From the sequence record OQ722176.1: a DNA stretch of 64,000 nt; one strand, written 5' to 3'. The position numbers and the translations under genes are program-made. Below are positions 37,973 to 47,555 of this stretch, piece after piece. Under the pieces are notes generated by a model. The model was given only the letters and a program-made list of their open reading frames with translations. It ran no database searches and had not been told where the DNA came from. Position 1 is the stretch's first letter; each line of letters starts with the position of its first letter.

Positions 37973-40048
37973 ATGATTATCCATACCCCTGATAGTACCG
38001 TACAAACGTCTGGTAAGATGCGTACGGCTGGCTTTAATATGAAAGCAAGTGCTAAAGGCTTTCGTATTATCTCGACTACTCTTTACAAAGATCCAATTCT
38101 AGCTATCGTGCGTGAGCTTACGTGTAATGGCTGGGATGCACATCAAATGAACAAAAATCTCGATAAAGCGATTGAAGTTCACTTGCCGAATCAGTTTGAA
38201 CCATGGTTCTCAGTGAAAGACTTCGGTTGTGGCATGAGCGACGACGAGATCTTTGGCGTGTACACGACTGTGTTTGATTCAACTAAAGACGACTCAAACG
38301 ACGTGATTGGTGCAATGGGTCTAGGTTCAAAGACGCCATTCAGCTACAACAACGGTCAATCGTTTACTGTTAAGTCAACGAAGAACGGTTTGAAAGCTGT
38401 TTACTCTGCTTATCTTGATAAAGGTGAGCCAGCGATCACTTGTATGTCAGAACCTGCACCGACTGATGAACCAGACGGCGTTGAAGTAATCGTGCCAGTG
38501 CGTAAAGAAGACTTCAGTCGCTTCAAAGACGCTGCAAACCGAGTAATGCCTTACTTCAAATCACCTGCTGTTGAGACGAATATGACTCTACCAGAGCGCA
38601 AATTCACTCAAATGGCTGGTTATTTCACTGAAACGAACAAAAACTCGTGGCGTTCTGGTGATGTGTATGCAGTGATGGGCAATGTTTGCTACCCGTTGAG
38701 TGAAAGCTACATCAAAGACATTCAGCTTGTTCGTAGCTACTTCAAGAACTCTGATCTGTTCATTGAGTTCCCGATTGGTGAGCTAGATGTCAGTGCATCA
38801 CGTGAAGAGCTTCACTATGATGACTACACGATTGAGAACATCAACAAGCGCGTGAACGTTATCAATGGTAAGTTTCTTGATGAAGCACAGAAGTGGGTTG
38901 ATGATCAGAAGTTCAAGCACATCGGTGATGCATTTCGTGCGTGTGACAATCGCTTCAACGATGCTATCTTGAAGAAGATGACATTCGACGGTCAACCAGT
39001 TCTGTCGTATTCAAACAATATGCTGAAAGACTTCACTATTCTTGGTAAAGTTGTCCAGCTACGCCCTGAATACAGCAACAAAGAAGGTGTTCAGCGTCGT
39101 ACTAACTTCTCACGCCCGTACGACTTGGTTGATCCACGCAAAGAGTACGAGAAAAAGCCGATTTACATCATCGTTGATGACATGAAATCTGGTGGCGTTG
39201 GTATCGCGAAAGAATACGTACGTGAAGAGTCGAAAGTGGTGTTCTATCATCACGACGAAAAGCCGTCAACGACTGCTGCACTACCGTTCTTCAAAGAACG
39301 TCTTCGTGATTGTGAATACAAAGTGCTGAAGACATCTGAACTGAAAGCGAACTACACGCCTAAGAAGAAGACTGTCGCTAAAAAGCCAGTATCACCAACG
39401 ATTCGCCTGTACGAAATGCGCATTGACGAAAACAATCGCCGTACAGTGGTTGCGTCTGATGTGAAACGTGAAGTTCTAAAGAACGACGAGCTATATTTCG
39501 TGAGTCTGTTCCGCGATTACGTTGAGAAAGTGCCAGAATGTGGTCATGGTGAAGATTACCATCGTTCACTTGGTACAATCGAACTGATCATGCGCATCAA
39601 AGGCATTGATGTTGTGTATATTGCGCGTCGTCCTGAGTATGTACACATTAAAGAAAACAAAAACGCGATTAATATCTTCGATATTAAGTTTAACAAGCGT
39701 GAATTGCGTAGTAAAATCAACTGGAAATCGTATGCAGTTGACAACAATCTTTACGGTTGGCGCAGTAAGCTTGAAAACACGTGGGCTAACTCAACTGTTC
39801 GTGAACACTTTGGTTACCCGAACACTGGTGGCGCTGAAGCATGTGTACAAACGATTGATCGTCTGTGTAACAACTTCTCGATTGTTCGCGACGTTCGTAC
39901 GGCTGAAGTCGATAAACACTTGAATAAACTAACGTCGATTCAAGAAACACCGAAATACAATTTGCTGTTCAAACTCGTCGATAATTGCACCGACGACGAC
40001 GCAGCTAAACAACTAATTAATCTCTTGAGAGGAAAACGCAATGGTTAA
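37973..40048 (+). CDS. rIIA: RIIA lysis-exclusion protein
   Basis: YKDPILAIVRELTCN, DFGCGM, STK, GLGSK; precedes rIIB. Confidence 0.92.
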   Translation: MIIHTPDSTVQTSGKMRTAGFNMKASAKGFRIISTTLYKDPILAIVRELTCNGWDAHQMNKNLDKAIEVHLPNQFEPWFSVKDFGCGMSDDEIFGVYTTVFDSTKDDSNDVIGAMGLGSKTPFSYNNGQSFTVKSTKNGLKAVYSAYLDKGEPAITCMSEPAPTDEPDGVEVIVPVRKEDFSRFKDAANRVMPYFKSPAVETNMTLPERKFTQMAGYFTETNKNSWRSGDVYAVMGNVCYPLSESYIKDIQLVRSYFKNSDLFIEFPIGELDVSASREELHYDDYTIENINKRVNVINGKFLDEAQKWVDDQKFKHIGDAFRACDNRFNDAILKKMTFDGQPVLSYSNNMLKDFTILGKVVQLRPEYSNKEGVQRRTNFSRPYDLVDPRKEYEKKPIYIIVDDMKSGGVGIAKEYVREESKVVFYHHDEKPSTTAALPFFKERLRDCEYKVLKTSELKANYTPKKKTVAKKPVSPTIRLYEMRIDENNRRTVVASDVKREVLKNDELYFVSLFRDYVEKVPECGHGEDYHRSLGTIELIMRIKGIDVVYIARRPEYVHIKENKNAINIFDIKFNKRELRSKINWKSYAVDNNLYGWRSKLENTWANSTVREHFGYPNTGGAEACVQTIDRLCNNFSIVRDVRTAEVDKHLNKLTSIQETPKYNLLFKLVDNCTDDDAAKQLINLLRGKRNG

Positions 40049-41084
40049 TTTGCCAATCGAAACAAAACAGTCTATCGTTAAAGCATCTGCAAACGGTATG
40101 ACACAGAAAGACAACGCGGCGAAGCATGGTACTTCGCCAACTACTCTGCGCCGTGTGCTTGCTGAACACCGTGAAGGCAAATTTAGTCTGAACACTGCGA
40201 AACAAGTCGTTAAGCGACCTGCAAAAGTTAAGTCACTTTCGACTGACTTCAAAGCGAATCTAGACGAGTTGCTAGACGCTACTGGCACTAAAACTGAGCC
40301 AACTCAGAAGATGAAAGCGCCTGAGCCTGAAAAGACTCTTGATCAAAAGCTAGAAGAAGCAATTGAAGACTTCGCTTACGTCATTACACCAGTCAACGTG
40401 TCGTTTACCTTTAAAGGTCAAGCGTTCTCTGCTGACATTACAGCACCGAACTACAGCAAAATCGTTGCTGCATTGCTTGAGTCTGACGGTGAACTTGCAG
40501 TGTCATTGCTTGATGTTGCTAAAGGCATCGAAGAGTTCATGCTAGGCAACGTAGTTGTCAAGGGTGGCGTTGTTAAGTATCGTGATCTTGACATCGACGG
40601 TGGCATGACTGATCGCATTCTTGAAGCAATGGAAGAAGGCGACAAGTCTCAAGTGACCAAGCTAGTGAAGTTCTTCGAGAACCTAATCACTAACCCGTCA
40701 CGTCGCGCTGTAGAAGAGCTTTACGGCTTCTTAGAAGCTGCTGACATCGAACTAACAGACGATGGTCACTTCTTAGCGTACAAGAAGATTCGCGAGAACT
40801 ACAACGACATTCACAGCAATAGCATGAGCAACAAGCCGGGTGAGCGCGTGTGGATGCTACGTCACCAAGTGAACGACAACAAAGACCAGACGTGTTCTGC
40901 GGGTCTGCATGTATGTTCGAAAGGTTACTTGCCACACTTCGGTGGTGCTGCTGGTAATCGCGTTGTACTGTGTAAAGTCAACCCACGTGATGTTGTGTCA
41001 GTACCAAGCGACTACAACAACACTAAGTTGCGCTGTAGCGAATACCTAGTTCTGAAAGAGCTAGACAAAAATACTTTGAAATAA
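40041..41084 (+). CDS. rIIB: RIIB protein
   Basis: N-terminal HTH; DGHFLAYKK, CSAGLHV, KVNPRDVVSVP, KLRCSEY. Confidence 0.93.
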   Translation: MVNLPIETKQSIVKASANGMTQKDNAAKHGTSPTTLRRVLAEHREGKFSLNTAKQVVKRPAKVKSLSTDFKANLDELLDATGTKTEPTQKMKAPEPEKTLDQKLEEAIEDFAYVITPVNVSFTFKGQAFSADITAPNYSKIVAALLESDGELAVSLLDVAKGIEEFMLGNVVVKGGVVKYRDLDIDGGMTDRILEAMEEGDKSQVTKLVKFFENLITNPSRRAVEELYGFLEAADIELTDDGHFLAYKKIRENYNDIHSNSMSNKPGERVWMLRHQVNDNKDQTCSAGLHVCSKGYLPHFGGAAGNRVVLCKVNPRDVVSVPSDYNNTKLRCSEYLVLKELDKNTLK

Positions 41085-41092
41085 GTTTGATA

Positions 41093-41128
41093 AAAGGGTT
41101 GACTTCGGTCAGCCCTTTCGCGTATTAT
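41093..41128 (+). promoter_or_regulatory. Terminator-promoter fusion cassette
   Basis: AAAGGGTTGAC-TTCG-GTCAGCCCTTT; TTGACT-18-TATTAT. Confidence 0.8.
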
Positions 41129-41163
41129 AGCTTCATCGAAACGAAACACACAAAGAGAACATT

Positions 41164-41520
41164 ATGAACACTATGAACGCAACTGACCTACGCACTGTAG
41201 AAATTCTAGTAGAACAGAAAGACGCAGCTATTGTTAATCAACAAGAGTATCGCAATGCATTTGCATTCGCTTACGGCTGCATGACTGGCGTTCAACGTCA
41301 AGTATTTCGTGACTATCACATGAACGTGCTAGTAGAACGCTTTGACATCGAGTACTGTCAATCGAATCAAGTTATTCTGCCGTATGGTGAATTGAAATCA
41401 TCAATCAAATTCATCAAAGATTCCCTGAGCGAGATTGACTACGCAGAACTAAAATCTGACTTTCAATTCAATATCTACTTGCCAGAGGAACAAAATGAAA
41501 CGACTAAAGAAACACATTAA
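41164..41520 (+). CDS. Hypothetical early protein
   Basis: GAGAACATTATG leader. Confidence 0.65.
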   Translation: MNTMNATDLRTVEILVEQKDAAIVNQQEYRNAFAFAYGCMTGVQRQVFRDYHMNVLVERFDIEYCQSNQVILPYGELKSSIKFIKDSLSEIDYAELKSDFQFNIYLPEEQNETTKETH

Positions 41521-42161
41521 GTCATACGACGAACACGGTGTTGTGCAGTATAATATGCTGCTAATATTCTCTTTGATTATAGCAGTGTCTATGTCAATAG
41601 CATTAGTAGCATCAAATATTCTATTCGCATTCGAAGTGAATGACGTAACTGCCAACATCAAAACGCCCAGGTGATGCATTCTGGACTGTATGGATGGCTA
41701 TGAGCACAATCGGTTTTGGTGATCATTATCCTGTTACTACAGGTGGTCGAATCGTGATTGGCTCGATGTTTGTTGTCGGTGCGTCTCTGATTGGTATGAA
41801 TATCGGTATTGCCAATGCTTGGATGTCGTCTAAGTTCGATAAAAGCATTCAGAATCGCGTGTTGAAGACACAAGGTGACGCTTCATTTCAGAAGCTTGAC
41901 CGTATCGAGAAGTTTCTTGGTATTGACCAGACAGTTGTTTTCAGTGAAGAAGCTCACGGTATTGATCAGCAAATCGAACAGAAGATGGACACGAATGGTG
42001 ACATGGAATGCATCATCACGCTTGGCAAAGACGATAGCGGTCGCTATGTAGTTGCAATCAATGAGCGCAACGTCGAAACGGATGTAGCTGCACTTCGTTG
42101 GCATACGTTCTTACGTCCTACTGAAGCAAAAGCATTTTACGATAACTTTAAAGGTGTATAA
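41495..42161 (+). pseudogene. KcsA-like K+ channel split by a +1 frameshift at 41666-41674
   Basis: TM1 ORF ends CCC AGG TGA; +1 frame continues GDAFWTVWMAMSTIGFGDHYPVT then TM2. Confidence 0.8.
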
Positions 42162-42162
42162 A

Positions 42163-42723
42163 ATGAAAATTCGCACAATCGCAATCGTTAGTATGATTGC
42201 AGTACTCGCGGGCTGTGATAATGGCTCTGCTACTCTAGACACAAACGCATACTATGCCGAGCAAGGTCAGCCATTGATGCAAGCGCCAACGGTCGATGAC
42301 TTTCCGCCAGTGAATAATGTACAAGAAGTTGTACAACAACCTGTACAACAAGCGCCAGTTGTGATTCATCAATCTGAAGATGAGGGATTCGATTGGGGGG
42401 CGGCAGCAATTGGTTTTGTAGCGGCAGAGATTGTAGATGATGTCTTTGATTCTGGTAAAAAGAACTACATTGCACCGACTCAAGCACCAATCATCAACAA
42501 AGTTACACCGTATCAGACAAAAACTGCGCCTGTAATCAAGAAAGTAGCTCCCGTGAAGCCTGTTGAAGTGAAGAAAGTAGAGCAGAAAAAGTCTACTGAG
42601 TTGAAGAACAAGAAGCCTACTACAGTCAAGAAAGTAGAAAAGCCAAAGAAAGTTCTGTCTAAGCCGAAGCCTAAGAAGAAATCAGGTGGGTTTAAGATGA
42701 AGTTTGGTAAGAAGAGACGATAA
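42163..42723 (+). CDS. Lipoprotein with Pro/Lys-rich tail
   Basis: Lipobox LAGC. Confidence 0.7.
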   Translation: MKIRTIAIVSMIAVLAGCDNGSATLDTNAYYAEQGQPLMQAPTVDDFPPVNNVQEVVQQPVQQAPVVIHQSEDEGFDWGAAAIGFVAAEIVDDVFDSGKKNYIAPTQAPIINKVTPYQTKTAPVIKKVAPVKPVEVKKVEQKKSTELKNKKPTTVKKVEKPKKVLSKPKPKKKSGGFKMKFGKKRR

Positions 42724-42724
42724 G

Positions 42725-42747
42725 AAAAGGGGCAGAAATGCCCCTTT
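42725..42747. terminator. Terminator hairpin
   Basis: A4-GGGGCA-GAAA-TGCCCC-T3. Confidence 0.7.
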
Positions 42748-42754
42748 GAAATTA

Positions 42755-42846
42755 AAAAGCGAGGGAGGCGACTATAGTAGAACCAATACTCGCAGTGACC
42801 AATGCGATAACATAGTCACATCCCTCGAAACTGTAAAAAAAGTCTC
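42755..42846 (-). ncRNA. Candidate structured small RNA (or 13-aa sORF cassette)
   Basis: CTAAATA at 42852-58 minus; long closing stem, two inner hairpins, U tract. Confidence 0.45.
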
Positions 42847-42911
42847 TATCTTATTTAGTGTTTTGTTACGTGTTGCATAGCAATTATCTCAATAAAAATC
42901 TGAAATAATTG

Positions 42912-42940
42912 TTGACTAAAGTGTAAAATATGCGTATCAT
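42912..42940 (+). promoter_or_regulatory. Early promoter
   Basis: TTGACT-17-TATCAT. Confidence 0.7.
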
Positions 42941-42989
42941 ACAGCATATAAAGACGAAACGTTCAAAAATCCAACAAAAGGTGTATAAA

Positions 42990-43457
42990 ATGACTCCAAA
43001 ATCGTTAATTCGCGCCGCGAATACAGTAGTTTCTGAATTGCAAATCTTCAATGGCTCAGACAGCACAGTTGTTGTTGGCAGACCTGGGAGTGGCAAGAAC
43101 GCTATGCTGATGGGAATGCTAGTTCAGCGTGGCGTACGAGAAAGCACTATGATTGTGACTGAGCAACGTCACACTGAAATGGCAGCAAAACTTGGTGAGG
43201 GTTCACTCGTTATTCAAAGCGGGTTAGATCTTGAGTCTCTTATCTCTTCAGTTGCATTTGCATGTAGTCAAGAGCGTAAACACATCTTTATTGAACATGT
43301 TTCGCCAATTCTAGGTCACAATATTGTTGAGATTCTAGAGTCAATCGCTAAGCCATTCAACAAGCGTATCTATGTTGGTATGCAAGCTGTACGCAGTCAT
43401 AGTGGTCTAGGTGATAACTATCAAACACAAATGATGAATACATTGAAACTGGGGTGA
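42990..43457 (+). CDS. P-loop fold protein, possibly degenerate
   Basis: VVVGRPGSGKN. Confidence 0.6.
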   Translation: MTPKSLIRAANTVVSELQIFNGSDSTVVVGRPGSGKNAMLMGMLVQRGVRESTMIVTEQRHTEMAAKLGEGSLVIQSGLDLESLISSVAFACSQERKHIFIEHVSPILGHNIVEILESIAKPFNKRIYVGMQAVRSHSGLGDNYQTQMMNTLKLG

Positions 43458-43735
43458 TTATGAACTTCTTTCAAATAAGCATGAATCTAGCGACTGATTC
43501 ATCAATTAACCCAGACGAAGCTTGGGCTGATAAGCAATTGATTATTGCTTCTAGTCACGAAATGGCTCGAAAACTTGCCGACGCACGCGAGAAAGGTCGT
43601 CATGGTTGGCATGACCCTAATGTGTGCTCTATCGACTATCTCTATGAGTTGCGCGATAAAGCACTTGAAGACAATGATCATGTCAGTGTGATGAACTACA
43701 CTGCAATGATCGCTATGCGGGAGAGTGTACAATGA
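43454..43735 (+). CDS. Hypothetical protein
   Basis: Coupled ORF. Confidence 0.6.
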   Translation: MIMNFFQISMNLATDSSINPDEAWADKQLIIASSHEMARKLADAREKGRHGWHDPNVCSIDYLYELRDKALEDNDHVSVMNYTAMIAMRESVQ

Positions 43736-44772
43736 ACGTACTATACACGAGCCTATTCGGTTCAAAACTATATGGCACAGACACGCCAGAGTCAGATACT
43801 GATTACAAAGCTGTCTTCTTACCAGAATTGCGTACGCTATTGCGTGGCGTTGCAATCAAGAACTCAGTTCATTCAACTGGTAAAGCGTTCTCAAAGAACG
43901 GCGCAGAAGATGAAGACTTTGAATACATCCCTGTTCAAGTGTTCATGCGTGACTTTCTAGGCGGTCAGTCGTATGCTATCGAGTTAGCATTCAACGCATT
44001 ACAGAACCCTGATGACTGTCATCCTGCGTTTCATGCTATGTGTCAAGAGCTAACACGCAAATACTTGACATCAAACGTCAAAGCAATGACGGGTTATGCA
44101 TTGAACCAAGCGCAGAAATACGGCATCAAAGGCACAAGACTAAACAGCCTTATGGAATTTGCACGTGCTGTAGAGACGCACAACGTCGATTCTAAAGCGA
44201 AGTTGGGTTCAAGCCCTGAGTTGTGTCAACGTCTATGGGAACTAAGCGCAGAAGACGCTCACGTGCGTTTTCAGTGGTATCACGGGCCCAAGACTACAGA
44301 CGCAAGCGATTTGCAAGACCCTGCGTTCAGCGTACTTGAGAAAGTATTCGGTCTTGAAATCTCATTCGAAGAAGCGGCTGGTCGTCTTGAGAAGATGATG
44401 AGCAAATATGGTGCGCGTTCGTATCAAGCTCGTGCTGCTAGTGGTTCAGACTGGAAAGCGATCTCTCATGCTATGCGAGTAATCGATCAAGCAATCGACA
44501 TCCTTGAAGTTGGTAAGCTTGAGTTCCCATTGAAGCACGCTGCATTCTATCGTGACGTTAAAATCGGTAAGTACAAATGGGAATATGTCTCTGAAGTGCT
44601 GCAAGAACGCCTTGAGAAGCTTGAAAATGCAAAAGCTACAACGTCACTTCCGAATCATACGCCAGATTTAGTAGCTCAATTCTACATGTGGTACGACGAT
44701 TATCTTGACGAGTTCTACTTTCCGTGTATAATGACTGACGAAGAAGTGAAAGAAATGCTAGGTGCTTACTAG
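43732..44772 (+). CDS. Pol-beta superfamily nucleotidyltransferase (NrdC.11-like)
   Basis: FGSKLYGTDTPESDTDYKAVFLP. Confidence 0.8.
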   Translation: MNVLYTSLFGSKLYGTDTPESDTDYKAVFLPELRTLLRGVAIKNSVHSTGKAFSKNGAEDEDFEYIPVQVFMRDFLGGQSYAIELAFNALQNPDDCHPAFHAMCQELTRKYLTSNVKAMTGYALNQAQKYGIKGTRLNSLMEFARAVETHNVDSKAKLGSSPELCQRLWELSAEDAHVRFQWYHGPKTTDASDLQDPAFSVLEKVFGLEISFEEAAGRLEKMMSKYGARSYQARAASGSDWKAISHAMRVIDQAIDILEVGKLEFPLKHAAFYRDVKIGKYKWEYVSEVLQERLEKLENAKATTSLPNHTPDLVAQFYMWYDDYLDEFYFPCIMTDEEVKEMLGAY

Positions 44773-44773
44773 T

Positions 44774-44781
44774 TATAAATA
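44774..44781 (+). promoter_or_regulatory. T4 late promoter
   Basis: Perfect TATAAATA. Confidence 0.8.
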
Positions 44782-44805
44782 CGTTAAACAAACTAGGGAT
44801 ATAAC

Positions 44806-45159
44806 ATGAAATCATTTAATCAATTCATGATTGAGTCGTCGTACACATTCACACCGAAGAGCCAAGTTGATGAAATTCTTCTGAAGTCTGGTCAAGAAGT
44901 GTTTGGTCGCATGATTCAACCGATGATGAGCAAGGTGTATGGGGATATTCAATTCACATTCCCTGTACCTAGCAACAAGAAAGCACCACGTGGCTGGTTT
45001 ACTAAGCTTGTTAACAGCATTTCGAAGAATTCTGGCGTTACTGCTGATTACATCGACGAAAAACGCAAAGAAGCTGAGTTCACAATTGGTGATCAACGTA
45101 TCGTTATCACTAAGACGATGACTGGTTCACCTGGCGGTTACATTCGCGAGAAGTTTTAA
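44806..45159 (+). CDS. Putative internal head protein
   Basis: MKSFNQFMIE; late promoter. Confidence 0.65.
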   Translation: MKSFNQFMIESSYTFTPKSQVDEILLKSGQEVFGRMIQPMMSKVYGDIQFTFPVPSNKKAPRGWFTKLVNSISKNSGVTADYIDEKRKEAEFTIGDQRIVITKTMTGSPGGYIREKF

Positions 45160-45171
45160 TAAGGAAAAACA

Positions 45172-45423
45172 ATGAAAGGTTTTAACGAATATCACAGCAA
45201 AGGTGAAGTGAAGCTTCAAGAAACTGAACAAGAGTTTCATGAACGTGTTGTCAAGCACCGCAAAGTCGATAGCAAACAGTATCCAGATTTGTCACGTTCT
45301 GGTCTTGAGGGACCGTACACTGATCTGAATGGTAAAGTTTACTACTACGACAAGCGCGAGGGTATGTATTACGACCCAGATACTGACATCTACATCACTG
45401 GTAAAGAACTACGTTTACCATAA
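45172..45423 (+). CDS. Small late protein, CTS-like N-terminus
   Basis: MKGFNEY..KLQE; GLEGPY..YYDP. Confidence 0.6.
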   Translation: MKGFNEYHSKGEVKLQETEQEFHERVVKHRKVDSKQYPDLSRSGLEGPYTDLNGKVYYYDKREGMYYDPDTDIYITGKELRLP

Positions 45424-45426
45424 TAG

Positions 45427-45450
45427 AAAGCGCCGATTGGCGCTTTTTTT
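45427..45450 (+). terminator. Intrinsic terminator
   Basis: AAAGCGCC-GATT-GGCGCTTT plus T tract. Confidence 0.85.
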
Positions 45451-45464
45451 ATTTGTGAGGACAT

Positions 45465-45839
45465 ATGTTTAATCCGAGAGTACTAGTGTGCGGTGGTCGC
45501 AAATATAATAATCGAAAACTTGTTTATGCTGCCCTCGATAAGCTATACAATAGCAATTATATAGGTCGCATGACTATTATCGAAGGCGGAGCATTGGGTG
45601 CTGATCGTCTTGCGCAAGATTGGGCGAATCAAGCGCATATCGACGTTGAGCTAATCACATGCGAAGCTGATTGGGAGAAGTATGGCGACTCTGCGGGCTA
45701 TCGACGCAACACAGACATGGCTAATCTCAAGCCAGACATTTGTTTGGCATTCAAAGGTGGGCGCGGCACTCAGAACATGGTTGATATATGTCGCGAACGT
45801 AATATCAAAGTACATTTATTAGAATGGAAGTATCAATGA
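45465..45839 (+). CDS. YspA/DUF2493 SLOG family protein
   Basis: [31 protein letters not shown]. Confidence 0.85.
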   Translation: MFNPRVLVCGGRKYNNRKLVYAALDKLYNSNYIGRMTIIEGGALGADRLAQDWANQAHIDVELITCEADWEKYGDSAGYRRNTDMANLKPDICLAFKGGRGTQNMVDICRERNIKVHLLEWKYQ

Positions 45840-46189
45840 AAGGTTATATTCTTTCACTGTCAGGTGAAAACTTTGCAATCATCACACGCGACGACACGAC
45901 TGGTCAAGTAATCGAATCAGGTAACAGTGGTCTTGCAGTTGGCGACATTATCAAACTCGATGAATCTCGCGTTGTCAAAGAGTTCGACATCGAAGTTCAG
46001 AAGATTGAGGGTGGTCAGCATCTTAACGTTAACGTGCTGAATCGTGACACGCTGTTAGAAGCGCAAGCACACCCAGAGAAGTATCCGCAGCTTACTATTC
46101 GAGTCAGCGGTTACGCTGTTCGCTTCAATGCACTGACTACAGAACAGCAAAACGATGTGATTGCTCGTACATTCACAGATTCAATTTAA
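45836..46189 (+). CDS. grcA: Autonomous glycyl radical cofactor (Vs.6)
   Basis: [25 protein letters not shown]. Confidence 0.95.
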   Translation: MKGYILSLSGENFAIITRDDTTGQVIESGNSGLAVGDIIKLDESRVVKEFDIEVQKIEGGQHLNVNVLNRDTLLEAQAHPEKYPQLTIRVSGYAVRFNALTTEQQNDVIARTFTDSI

Positions 46190-46211
46190 TAAGCAACGAG
46201 AGTAATACATA

Positions 46212-47477
46212 ATGGGTCTAACTAACTGCCAACAAGGCGCAATGGACGCCTTTCTCAAATCTGATGGTCACATGACTATCTCTGGTCCCGCAGGCTCTGG
46301 TAAAACATTCTTGATGAAGTCGATTCTTGAAGCTCTTGAGTCGAAAGGTCAGAATGTAGTCATGGTCACGCCAACGCACCAAGCAAAGAACGTACTACAC
46401 AAAGCAACTGGTAAAGAAGTAACTACCATTCACAGTCTGTTGAAGATTCACCCAGACACATACGAAGACCAAAAGCATTTCACTCAGTCTGGTGAAGTTG
46501 AAGGTCTAGACGAAATCGACGTGCTTGTTGTCGAAGAAGCAAGTATGGTTGATGATGAGCTATTCGGAATTACTGGTCGCACGATGCCACGCAAGTGTCG
46601 CATTCTAGCTGTTGGCGATAAGTATCAGCTTCAGCCAGTTAAGCATGACCCTGGTGTTATCTCCCCGTTCTTCACAAAGTTCAGCACATTTGAAATGAAT
46701 GAAGTCGTTCGTCAAGCGAAAGACAACCCATTGATTCAAGTAGCAACTGAAGTACGAAACGGTCAGTGGCTGCGTTCAAATTGGTCTAAAGAGCGTCGTC
46801 AAGGCGTATTACACGTGCCAAACGTAAGCAAAATGCTTGATACGTACTTGAGCAAAGTGAATTCACCTGAAGATCTGCTTGACTATCGCATTCTCGCGTA
46901 CACAAACGACTGTGTTGATACATTCAATGGCATTATTCGTGAGCACGTGTACAACACAACTGAGCCGTTCATTCCCGGTGAATATCTCGTGACACAAATG
47001 CCAGTGATGGTATCAAACGGCAAATATCCTGTTTGTGTCATTGAAAATGGCGAAGTTGTGAAGATCTTAGACGTTCGCCAGAAGACAATCGACGGTATGT
47101 TGCCTAAAGTAGACAATGAATCGTTTGATGTTGCTGTGCTGACAGTCGAGAAAGAAGATGGTAACGTGTATGAGTTTCATGTGCTGTGGGATGACTTACA
47201 GAAAGAACGTTTCGCACGCTATTTGTCTGTTGCTGCTGGTACTTACAAGTCAATTCGTGGTAATACGAAGCGTTACTGGCGTGCATTCTGGGGTTTGAAA
47301 GAGCAAATGATTGAAACTAAGTCTCTTGGTGCGTCAACTGTTCACAAATCGCAAGGTACGACTGTTAAAGGCGTGTGTTTGTACACTCAAGACATGGGAT
47401 ACGCAGAGCCAGAGATACTTCAGCAACTTGTGTACGTTGGTCTTACTCGACCAACTGATTGGGCATTGTACAATTAA
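46212..47477 (+). CDS. dda: SF1B DNA helicase Dda
   Basis: GPAGSGKT, PTHQA, EEASM, GDKYQL, TVHKSQG, YVGLTR. Confidence 0.92.
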   Translation: MGLTNCQQGAMDAFLKSDGHMTISGPAGSGKTFLMKSILEALESKGQNVVMVTPTHQAKNVLHKATGKEVTTIHSLLKIHPDTYEDQKHFTQSGEVEGLDEIDVLVVEEASMVDDELFGITGRTMPRKCRILAVGDKYQLQPVKHDPGVISPFFTKFSTFEMNEVVRQAKDNPLIQVATEVRNGQWLRSNWSKERRQGVLHVPNVSKMLDTYLSKVNSPEDLLDYRILAYTNDCVDTFNGIIREHVYNTTEPFIPGEYLVTQMPVMVSNGKYPVCVIENGEVVKILDVRQKTIDGMLPKVDNESFDVAVLTVEKEDGNVYEFHVLWDDLQKERFARYLSVAAGTYKSIRGNTKRYWRAFWGLKEQMIETKSLGASTVHKSQGTTVKGVCLYTQDMGYAEPEILQQLVYVGLTRPTDWALYN

Positions 47478-47490
47478 TTTCAGAAAGTAG

Positions 47491-47519
47491 TTGACAATGA
47501 GTGTGAGTGGCAGTAATAT
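47491..47519 (+). promoter_or_regulatory. Early promoter
   Basis: TTGACA-17-TAATAT. Confidence 0.65.
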
Positions 47520-47555
47520 GTCACTCAACGCCTAACAAAACAAGAGAACAAAATC

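Noticed and set aside
43454-43735. MazG-like nucleotide pyrophosphatase call
   Set aside because: Only vague helical similarity; acidic metal-binding pattern not convincing
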